The notes beneath the pieces are model-generated. The model saw only the letters and a program-made list of their open reading frames with translations. It was not told the DNA's origin and did not search any database. Positions 41,901 through 52,697 of a stretch of 64,000 nt of DNA are shown piece by piece (within the stretch, counting starts at the first letter, position 1; every line of letters starts with the position of its first letter). Where the stretch lies: NCBI GenBank assembly GCA_001949185.1, contig BDGG01000013.1, positions 310,001-374,000 on the forward strand, in the 5' to 3' direction. A program made the position numbers and the translations under genes. Source of the DNA: Ramazzottius varieornatus (taxonomy: Eukaryota; Animalia; Tardigrada).

Positions 41901-42441
41901 TTGTGGCTCGGCTGCGACCAGAAACTCTGAACGTCACTTCGTTGCGAGTGACGCCGGAGCTGGTAACAACTACGCGTTCACGTACGAAAGTGACGGTCAC
42001 GGTGGTTGCCTGATACAAATTCACTAAAATAAATAAAATCACATGGTCAGATGCTGAAACTAATGAAACCACAAAACGGTAGCAGCAAAAACTTACCCAA
42101 GGTGTTGGACCAGACCACTTGGATCTGCTGGATCAAGACGTCGCGTTCAGCCGAAGTAGCGTACGTCATCAGTACTTTATCCATGAAAGAGAAGGACTTC
42201 ATATTGCCGGAAGAAGGCGTGTCCTCAGCAGCATCAGAGTCGGACGCAGTATCAGAAGGCGATTCGTAACTTGAAGAGGCGTAGCTGCTGACGATCATTC
42301 CGCTCAAAAGAACCTGGAAGGACAATGAGTTCCATGTAGGGCGGTAGTCTTCGTTAAAGAACGAAGGTGAAATAAACGACAAGAACCAAAGGTGCTACGT
42401 ACCACACATAGCGTCGCAGCGAGGCTGAGCGAGCCAGCCAT
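38916..42441 (-). CDS. Gene D: secreted protein with 3 repeat domains and a ~500-aa K/D/T/V-rich repeat region with DxDxDG motifs
   Basis: Signal peptide MAGSLSLAATLCV|VLLSGMIVSSYA. The first domain resembles gene C domains 2-4; the last two are close paralogs of gene B's last two (ERDDFVDGIEKLWQ, FQLVEAWLFDELI, ALQASFQQ, CGFQ). Confidence 0.75.
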
Positions 42442-43560
42442 GTTGAGAGCACCGATCTGAAGGAAGCGTACACAATTCAACAACAAACGAGGAAAATGAA
42501 AGGCAGTTGAGCTCCTTCCCCAAAGAGCTCAAAATGATACTAGCACACCGATGATGCTAACTGCAGAGTACGGTCCTTCATATACGCTGTTGGATTTCCC
42601 TTTCGGCATTCCGGGACCTGCAAAAGTGCTGCCGGTGTAATTCCACTCAACATCTAGATCGGAAATTTACCCGACCCCACAGTCGGAGACAAGCTATTAT
42701 TTCCTCTAGTACAGTTTTACGTAACAGACCCCTCAATCCATAATGATGTTTATCGTCAGTCCATTAGCACACAAATCACGGTGGTCCTGGTCTAAATTTG
42801 TTTTTCACACTTCAACCCCGTACTCGTACCCTTTTCTCAAAGAAACAGTAAACTACATTTGAACATTCAGGAGTGGTTCGAAAGTGCGATCTCAGACTTG
42901 GAGGATCTCTGGTTCGACTGACGTCGTTAATTCTTATGTCCTGTATATTTCGACGTTTTAGACAATTTGTCCATGTTGACGTCATTTGTGTACAGCGTAA
43001 ACAGCTCTCAGCAAGAAGTGGTGCGCTTTTACAACGATGACTAGAAGTTAGTTCATTGGGGCGGTATTTAGAGTAATTTTTCCCTGGGAATCTCCTGCTC
43101 CGCGCCAAACTACGTTATTTTTCCGCTGGAGAGTTAAGACTAACAGAAGGGTCGTCTACCTGTTAATCGTCATTTAATTACTGTCCCAATCAATAGCCAG
43201 AAGCCGAGAAAAATTTCTCTTCTTTTTCACAGTGTTGTGTTGTACATAGGTAAAAAGCTGAAAACACTTAACTCGAAAGTCAATTAAAAATGAAAACAAA
43301 AGGCAATAAGAAAATCGTATAAAGACTGTTTGTAAGAGACTGCCATTCAAAGATTTCAACGAACAAATAATATGTTCCCTCATGCATACGAGGTACAGCT
43401 AAGCATCAGAACTTCATCCGGTATCAAAACAACCGACAAAATAATTACGATAAATTTCACTCCAGTCTTTGTTCGGAAAAAGTCTCCTTCGTTATACCGG
43501 TAATCACAGCTCCCATCTTTGACGACATGTTTGCAAAGTTTCGCTCTTTTCTTCCCTTTT

Positions 43561-46500
43561 CTAATCCCAGTCATCTTCGTCATCGCTTCCGTCGTCCTTG
43601 TTGTCATCAGACCCGTCTTGGAAAAAAGAGAAAACGCTTAGAGCTTCATCGCTTACTACATAAAAAGTCGGCAAATAAATTCACACCGATCATTTTCCCA
43701 GGTGACGCATATTTTCGTTAGTATTGGCTGGGTTTCTGCGCCACACGGGATCCCGATCTGAGTGAATATTGTTTGCCGATGATTCAAATATTAACTGAAT
43801 CGGACAAAACCGATTACGGCTAGGTTCACCGAGAAAAGGCCTAAGAAAATCACCTTCGAACTCCAAGGCACCTCGTCGTTGAGCTAAGGCTCGTGCCAAA
43901 GCAGCTGCCATTCCATCCAGCTGTTGCCCAGAGTCCGACTTGCCCAGTGAAGTCTTCTCTGGATCCACCTTCCAAATACAACCAAACATGACCAGAGAGC
44001 AAATTCAAGGCGTGTTCGTCGAAGAGGAGCTTACATGTTTCAGATGGACACCGCTGGTGATGTCGTTCATCAGCTTATCTCTTCCCGAAAGCGCCACCTG
44101 CGGCGCACTCGGCGCTTCCACTTTCTTCAGCTCTCTTCCCTTTCTTATCGAATCCATCAGAGCTGATCTGCTATCCACTTCCTCCGTCACCGAGTTACCG
44201 ACATCACCTGAAAAACGTCCAGCACTGGTTCCTACTTTTCCACCACGTCAGAACATCAAAAGTACCCGAAGCCAAACAGTGTACTTTCCACAAACCTGCT
44301 TACACCAAAGTGCACATCGCTATGTGAACCACGCGATGTGCACTTGGGTAAGCAGGTNNNNNNNNNNNNNNNNNNNNNNNNNNNNNNNNNNNNNNNNNNN
44401 NNNNNNNTCTGACGTGGTGAAAAGTAGGAGGTTGACTTCCGCCAACTTGCATACACCAAACTGTAATTTTACAGCGGCTTGGCGTATGCAGGCGCGGAGC
44501 GTGTCACTTTCTTACCGCTTCTTTCCGTGGGGGCGTTAAAGCCTGCCGAAGGTGGTGGTGGAGGTGGTGGTATATTGGACGGTACAACGGGAGCCTGTCC
44601 TCTAACCAGCGGTACACTTGGAGGTGCAGGTGGCGGTGGAGGAGGTGGTGGCGCCACCGGCTGTGCAGCCCTAGCTTGCCTTGGTGGTGCTCTCGTGGGG
44701 GCCTGTGGTGGCGTAGTGGGGACGGGTGGTGGGTTGTTGCGTGGTTGTGACCTGGGTGGTGGAGGTGGCTGGGAGGGAGCAGGCGGAGCTGGTGGATGGA
44801 CGGCCTTCTTGACGGCATTCACACCGCCCAGTTCTTTCTCGATGAAGCCATAGATGAAGGACCTTGTCGCTGCATCGGCCTCGCGCATGTTGATTCCCGC
44901 CTTCCGGAAGAGCTCTTGGAGGGTCGGGTCGCTGTCGTCATAGTCAAAACCTTTATCGGGATCCCACCCGATGTGCGATATGTGCCTACAAACATAGGTC
45001 GGTAAACACGACAGTTGGATTATTTCTCCTGTTAAAATCGGCATCACCTTTCCTGCTTATTTGGGAGGTTGGCAAATGAAACCTAAAGAGATCATACCCT
45101 GTACAAGACCATACCTCGAGTGACGCACACTTCCAGCCAGTGACACGGGAGACAAGCGCCACTTGGGAAAGCATTTTATTGAGTTTCCCAAGAGGCGCAC
45201 GCGTGTGTCCAACAATATCGAAAAGGTGCGCCACTTGCAGAGGCGATTTCGTACGTTTCGTTTATCGCCCTTCCGTTTACGGAATTTTTATGAATATTCT
45301 CCCTATACGGAATTTGGGAAACAAATTTGCTTCTTACACGAAATTGGATGGTAATCCAATGTCCTGTTTCGTGATGCGTTTAATCTTTGCGGATTTCTTG
45401 CTGTAGCTTCGCCCCGCACCGACGTCACCATTGTTGACAGAATGAGCAGCAGCTGGCGCGATGCTGCCCCGACTTGTCGTTCTCTCTGCAAGATATCGAA
45501 AATGTGTAAATATCAACCGAGCAATATCTCCGTTGGTTCAGGCTTGACTGCTTGAGGGCAGCCAACAAGCCACCCACCGAATGGAAAATAGCACTACAAC
45601 AAGCGCAACAAGAACGAATTTTTGTCAAAATATACGAAAAAGTTTCGAAATCAGAGAATAATATTTACTAAAACTCCAGAAAATGTCTGTGAATTCTCTG
45701 GTACCTGAATTTTGTGTGGGAAAGGGAACTTGGACCGAATGAGCCGTGGAAACTTGCTCCTGACGTTGCGGCGATCGCGCGTGGTTCATTTGCGGGGGTA
45801 ACTTGACAGGCAACTGTCCATCCAAAGTCACGTTGCCATTACTGGCCGCCGCACGTCGTCGTTGGTTATCTACGGAGAAAATTACAAGGTTTACCCATAT
45901 ATGTAACAATGAGCAATCTGTTAAGCATAAATCACGACAAGACCATGTCACACCTCTGTTTTTCCGATGGAGTAGCTCGACCTTCTCATGGACCATGGCG
46001 TAAAAATAACTGGCTTCATCTTCGTTGGCGAAGTTTAACGCGGCTTGTCGATTGTCCGTTTCGAAGCTGTGGAAATAAGGTAGTGTTTGGGTGTAGTTCA
46101 TCTCATGGTACAACTCTTGTTCCCATAAAACCAGCCGATCCTGCAAGAAAACCAGTAATAATCACCCCAAAACATCCGCGCATGACGTCAAGCCACCCAA
46201 TGGCAAACTCATACCACACCCACAAAACTTCCGACTTGACTAGTGACGTCTCATGTCAATCAAACGAGACAAACTAAATCAAACTCGATTTTAAATACAG
46301 AGCGCGTGACCTCGAAACGCAGAAGGATTAAACATAACGTCACGTGGTCGTATTGTTATTCTGAAATGGCCTGTGGAGCAAGTAACTGTTACGAACTACT
46401 TACGACGATGTCCAAAATGCGGATGAAAAAGGATTTCTTCGGATTGTCCTTGATGAAACAGGCTACTCCGCACAGTTCTCTCCTCCATCTTCCCGGGGAC

Positions 46501-46764
46501 GAAGGATCAGCAAAGAGAACCTGAACGACGGCTGAAGCTAGCGACTAAAACGGGAACAGGAAGATTCAGCATGTGATGTGTAAATTACAGAATCAAGAAT
46601 CAAGGATAGGCTACACGTACTGTGCAACGTGATCCGATGACATCGAAGAGAACATCGTTTTCGTGTGAATTTAGCAGCAGTGACGGATGATTTTCTGATA
46701 CACCATTTGTTCTGGAATTCCCGTTACTTCTCTCCGTCGTATAGTACCCGTTGGACATGACCAT
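43561..46764 (-). CDS. WASL: Wiskott-Aldrich syndrome protein family member (WASp/N-WASP); multi-exon (start ATG at 46764 or 46758)
   Basis: WH1 (SLLLNSHEN, CGVACFIKDNPKKSFFIR, LWEQELY, FHSFETD, ALNFANEDEA), CRIB (IGLPSNFV|HISHIGWDP), polyproline, WH2 repeats (RSALMDSIRKGRELKKV), central helix (ALARALAQR) and acidic tail DDEDDWD*. Confidence 0.93.
44358..44407. other. Assembly gap (50 N) in a WASP intron
   Basis: Run of n. Confidence 1.
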
Positions 46765-48469
46765 TTAGCTTGAGATGGATGATGATGGTCGCGAGAAACA
46801 GCACAAAACGATCAGGGCTAATAAAACGACGGCCGACTTTTGAACTGCTTCCGATGAATGGTAGGCGCGGATGAGAATGTACGCTCCATTGAAAGTGTGT
46901 TAACAGTCTCGCGTATTTTACAATCACTGACGATGAGATTAAAACGATCAACGGATTTGAGTTAAGGTTAGTTCTGAATTCTGACAGAATGATACACGTG
47001 CCGAAGCTGTTTGCCATGCCAGGCTTTACAGCATTGGATAGCATGGCACAATCACGCGGAGAGTTGGGTTTGGCAGGCTATGGGGTTCTTTTACCTGTGG
47101 AGAAAGCAGCAAGTTTGTTCTGGCTATTGTTCAGCATTGCTCTCAGTGAACTGACGCAGCTTTGACTTTTCTTCCCACTCTGTCAAGCAACTTTCTGCCG
47201 GATCCGTTGTTCCGTTTAAATTTTGGATTTTGAGGGCTATCTTTTTGCTCAAAGGAAAAAACATGTGCGGCCACTGCAAGCCGGTAGAATACTTAATACA
47301 ATAGTAAAGTTGATTGCGTGTTACAACCTGTACTTGAATAACACTTAAGACCACGATCCTACACACACTGTCTGATATGGCATACTTCCACCAAACCAAT
47401 CAGACATCTATTCGGACAGGTTTCCTTTCCAATCTTGTCATTTTCACACATGCAAGTGCTGTTACCCCCGATGCTGCGTACGACGTCACAAGTCACGTGT
47501 GCAACATAGGCGACTACAGCACGTGACCTAGACGTCACCTTTACCTCTATTTGGGTGGAGTTACATTATCCAATCCCAGTGGAGAAATCCTACGTCATCC
47601 AACTCTCTTCGTGATTTTCCATCAGAATTTTAGTACATTCTGCACGTGTATCACTCTGGTTCTGACAAAATGCGAGACACGAAATTCTGACACTGCACTG
47701 ACTGACTGCGGTCAGTGATGAGCTGCTAGAAGGGGCCTCCACTTGCAGATGGCCTGCTGAAACCGCAAGCTGTCGAAAACGGCGTTTGATTAGTCATTAT
47801 CGAACAGTTGGTAACGTGTACGTGGTGCAGACTTCCACACAGATACACCCGGTTCAAATTATCTCGCTCGCGGTTTTTGCAGTCCAGCGGTTACTTGTGT
47901 TTGGCCAGACCGTTTTCTATTGTTGCTAGCATCCCTTGATTAAATGAAGAGCTCATTTTGAGTTTTGTCAGTAGATTACATCACATTTCGTACTGTATAA
48001 TTATAGTCAACGTATGACATACACCATATCGGTCCTACCTCTTTATAAGCGGAACGCAGTCAATCAATCGCTCAATCAGTGTTTTAGACGTTCCGGCAAG
48101 GTTCCCTTCAGCTGATGATGAGCATTACATTTTACATTACAATCATACTTTTACACGACATTACAACCACGGGGAAGCTGTAATGTAATGTGAAATGTAA
48201 TTACAACTTACACCTGCCAAAATCTGCCCTTGTCAGGCATTTCAAGCAATCAAGTGGCTTTTGTAACATTGCTGTCAGGTTTCGGGGACCCATGACCCCT
48301 CCCTGGGTACCTGACGCCATTGATGAATGCTCCCTTACCACAATTGAAATAATTTCGATTCCTGTCGCGAGCTGAATTTCGATTGACTGTGATTACTGAT
48401 CCAGCTGGAGTGAATCCCACATGACTGGAATTGCTGCGGCTCGAGGTATTTCAATTAACGTACTGACTC

Positions 48470-48570
48470 GGTGCACGAACTTTCCCGAACTTTTCTGCGT
48501 GCACGAACTATCTCACGAACACTTACTCCGTGCACGAACTCTGACACGAACTTTGTCTCCGGGCACGAAT
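48470..48570. repeat. Degenerate ~30-bp tandem repeat (gtgcacgaact... x4)
   Basis: gcacgaa recurs at about 30-nt spacing, each followed by a second cgaac. Confidence 0.6.
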
Positions 48571-49609
48571 GGATTGGTCCAGTTGCTGCTACAGTTTAAA
48601 CAAAGGCTATGGATGCTAAACACGCACTTCCTGATGTAGATTTTCGAGAAGCTGTTTGCCTCGTCAACCTATCCCCCCGAACACGAAAAGGGTCACACTT
48701 TCGCTTCGCATGAAGAACAGAAACAAGCGAGTGCACTTTTACTATTGTTTGAAAGCGGAAAGCATACGTATACAAGGGTCCTTTCCACCTGCTCCTCACA
48801 ACACACCCGGCAAAAAGATGCAACATCTGTAGAAGCTGGAGTACCTGAGAACGCAGTGTTCAAAACATCAGAGAGGTGAAATTCCTTAGCCTTGGAGTAA
48901 GACGAGGCAATTAGCGCAGAACCCGAAGCACGAAACAATGGTCGAGCATCTTCACAAACTCGTACTCCTTCATACTTTTCTCCAGTGATACGAATAAAAT
49001 CTTAATGGCAGGATTTCGCTTTCTGAAACATCTTCATTGCTTGTAGAAACTCAAGGTCGTATCCCCGTCGTGCACGGAATAAAATGTCGAACGAAAGTTC
49101 GTCCACGGAGAAAAGGTCGTGAAGTTCGCGCGCGTAGCCTCGACCTTCAGTTAATCGTAATTGTAATTAAAATTGAAAAAAATCATGTTGAAAAAAAACT
49201 GGGGCCAGTGTGAAATTGCTGTGGCACACAAAATGATCTGATCTTCCGTCGCAGATGGTAGCGTTTGCCATACCCGAAACATCTCCATGAGTTGGCAGGT
49301 CATACATCCTCATGTTGGTCAATATCAAAGTGGATCAGAGAAGAAGAAACCTGTATTCTATTTGGCGAAGTTCCATGTTAAGTTTACGAGCTACGCCAAA
49401 AGTCTATGGGGCCCAAATGGCAGTCCCATGGAAACGGCCCTGCTGAAGTGGCGCACTTTACTTTCGGTTGGTTCGCCAAAGCCGCCTGTTCACCGTAAGT
49501 CGCATACACTGGTGCACTGGTTGTTGGGTGTATGGGCGTCTCTCTTCTGGCTCAGTGACGTCATAGGCAAGTCCCTTTGGTAGATGGCCAGCACCGCTGC
49601 TTTTCTGTT

Positions 49610-51454
49610 ATTCAATATCGACCATCGACGTAACGGCCATGAGAAGCAGACTGGCAAGTTCTTTGTGAATGGCTACTGCGAAGCCACGAGCCAGGTGTTC
49701 GAGTTCCACGGCTGTTTCTGTCACGGATGTCCCTCGTGTTTTCCTCCCGACACGCTTCATCCGCTCCGCAAGCAGACCATGAAGAAAGTGTCAATGACAC
49801 CATGGCTCGGCAGAGATACTTGGAAGGCCGGCATTACAAGGTAGTGACTTGTTGGGAATATCAGTTCAAGCAAGAAGCCCGGGAAGACGAAGAACTCCCC
49901 GACTTTCTGAAAGAATTTGTCCCCATGGAGCCCCTCCATCCTCGTGATGCTTTCTTCGGAGGTCGGACCAACGGTCTCAAGCTCCACCACGAAGCTCCTT
50001 TACTATGACGTCGTTTCGGAGTATCCTTGGGTCAACAAGAACTGTCGGTAAGTCATGTGGATGTCTTCTAGTTTCTAGTTCGTATGGACGTTTCACTGAA
50101 CTGTTGTCTTCTTCAAGTATCCAATCGGTCACCATCAGCGGATCACTGACGAATTCTTAGACTCCAGCTCCTACTTTGGTCTGATCAAGTGCAATATACT
50201 TCCTCAACGAAACCTCCAATTTCCTGTCCTCCCCTAAAGTTCAACGGGAAGCTGGTCTTCGCCCTGTGTCGAAAGTGCTCCGAGACACAACAGCAAGGGC
50301 CGTGCCAGCACTCTGATGGTCAGCGAACGCTAACCGATGGTGTTCCCCTGAGATCGAGGCAGCTACGGCTCATGGATACACCGTTCGAAAGATCCACGAG
50401 GTGTACCACTGGGCCGATTCCAAAGACGAGCTCTTCCGACCCTACATCGACCTATTCTACAAGATCAAGACGGAAGCCAGTGGATACCCGGATGACTGTG
50501 AAACGCTGCAGAGACTCGTATGTAGGACAGTTTGTGGAGCACGAAGGTATCCAGTTCGACCGAGACAACATCAAACTCAACCCCGGCCTCCGAGCCTTAG
50601 CCAAGTTGTGCCTGAACAGGTAAGCACCTTGAACGTATGCGTCGTTCTGATAAGTACTGTAAATTTCATTTTCTTTGTAGCTTTTGGGGGCGTTTCAGCA
50701 TGCCAGAGAACCGTGGTAATACGGAGTTCTTGACCGATCCCGGCAAATTCTGGCAACGGGTGCTGTCTGGCGAGAGCAAGGTGTCATCGTGGGACTTGAT
50801 CAACGACGACACGGTACAGGTGAAGTACAAAGCCGCTGAAGGATTCGAGGACCAGAATGGTACTGTCAACGTGGTCATCGCAGCCTTCAGCACATGTTAT
50901 ACTCGCTTACACCTTCTACGATACATGGACTAGGTGGAAAGTACTCGCCCAGAACGGATTTTGTATTTCGGTAAATTTTGCTTTGGTTTTTCTTTCTCGC
51001 TGAGCTGAACCGGACTGACCATTGCGTTGATTGCAGATACTGATTCCATTGTCTTTGTGAGCCGTAAAATTGACGTCGATCCTCCTGTAGGCAACTTCCT
51101 TCGTAACCTTTCCAGTGAGCTGAAGCCCGGACAGCACATCACCCGTTTCGCCACAATGGGCCTCAAGTCCTACGCCTACGTCATCAACGATGGGAAGATG
51201 GTAGTCAAGATGAAGGGATTCGCCTTGAAGGGACAAGCCAAAGACTTGATTACCTTTGATTCTATTCTGAACATGTTGCGAACGCGTGAGATTGTGATTG
51301 TTCCGTGTTTTGATTTAATTCGTCGAAATAAGAAAGCTGTAGAATTAGAACAAGTAGCTGTTCAGAACAAGCGATGTCAATTTACTTACCGTATGGTAAG
51401 AGAGTCATTGTTAATGGGCAGTACAATACGAAACCTTATGGCTACTGCCTATGA
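49610..51454 (+). pseudogene. Protein-primed family B DNA polymerase (5'-truncated, frameshifted, intron-containing)
   Basis: Vsr-like insert (VNGYC...FEFHGCFCHGCPSC), PRDAFFGGRT, motif A YYDVVSEYP, YPIGH, YFGLIKC, motif B KLCLN|SFWGRF, motif C LYF|DTDS, KSYAY, VKMKGF and terminal KPYGY. Confidence 0.92.
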
Positions 51455-51964
51455 AAAAATAAACAATTCTAAGTACGCTGCATCGATATCCAGTTTGCTT
51501 GTCGCTCCTAGGAAGCTGGCTTTCCCGCTGTGAAACAAAACTACTGTACAACCCGGAAAACGAATAGTGAAACCAGGAAAAATATCGGGATGATACAGAA
51601 CTCCAAGCTTCTTTGATAGCTGCTCCAGACGTACGCGCTGACCGTAATTGCAGGCAACCATGTTGACACCCTTGTAGTCCGTCACTTGTGTGTCTTGGTA
51701 TCCAATGTCCCGTAGCAGGCTGCAAAATCGTCGTGCGAGGCTCTTGGACGACCGCAGGGTACATTCTCCATTAACCGTCATCTAATCAGTCCGATACAGT
51801 TGACAGTGGGCTTTGTAGGGATGCAGGATACGGAGAAGTAATCCAGAAAAGAGGTTTGGAGTGTAAAGAGTTAGAGAAACGTTGGCTTCGATGTGTTCCA
51901 GATCCAGGCTGCATCTGAGGGTGCAGGTGGCGACGATGTTTCGGATTTCTGGTCGTGTAGCCAT
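51449..51964 (-). pseudogene. TATA-binding protein (TBP)-like core, intronless, one in-frame stop
   Basis: Reading through TAG at 51782-51784 gives both TBP repeats: RNIVATCTLRCSLDL..YTPNLFSGLLLRI...*MTVNG...LARRFCSLLRDIGY and VNMVA...VRLEQL...YHPDIFPG...VVLFHSGKASFLGA. Confidence 0.85.
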
Positions 51965-52409
51965 CCGGCAAAGAGTTCAGCCTTGTTCTGGATAGTATGT
52001 TCCTTGTCAGTTAGCTGGTCGAGTCGTGAGCATCCCAGGTCTTCCAGGTTCTGAACGTTTGGTATCGAGTTTTCCAAAAGGTGACACTTTTGCAGACTCT
52101 TGGCGTAAAAATAAACGTCGGCGGGTTTTGTGGTCAGGTAAGAATCGAAGAGGGCACTGAAGCATCCGGAACCTCGTGCGGATCGTAAAATCCTCTCGAC
52201 CACCAGATCAGCCTGTGTGAATGCGTCGCCTGTTTGATTAGATCACGGCCATGCTCGGCAGCGGTGGGGGGTAGTTCAAAAGTGAACATGTGACTGTTAT
52301 CATCTTTTCTGCCGCTCTTTTCGTCCACCACGCAAAACGCCAACTGCTTGATGTAAGGCTTCTGGTTGATAATAAGCCAGTCATAGTCCAATACGACTCT
52401 GGTATCCAT
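51871..52409 (-). pseudogene. DEDD-like (RNase H-fold) nuclease of the type seen in invertebrate Polintons; frameshifted
   Basis: MDTRVVLDYDW...YIKQLAF...F.LP...HRLIWWSRG, then in the shifted frame YAKSLQKCHLL...VQNLEDLGCSRL. Confidence 0.5.
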
Positions 52410-52697
52410 AACGAAGACGGCAGATGATATGGAATGAGACAGATTAGGTCTGAGTGTGCTCAGCGTAGATGTGTGGAAGAAATAATGGAATGTAGTGAGT
52501 AATGCCCGTACAGACAGACTAGTGCATATGTGACGGGATAGGTGAACGGATATATAAAGGGATAGGTACACGTATACGGATAGGAATGAATAAAGGGATA
52601 ACAAAATGATGCTGGAACCTATTCCGGCACACGAAAGACACGCATTTCTTATCCGCCTGAACATCGTGCAGAAGTAAATTGGATATCCCGAATCTAC

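Noticed and set aside
47100-49600. Left terminal inverted repeat of the Polinton
   Set aside because: No (AG)n/(AGT)n terminus or partner repeat is identifiable in the window.
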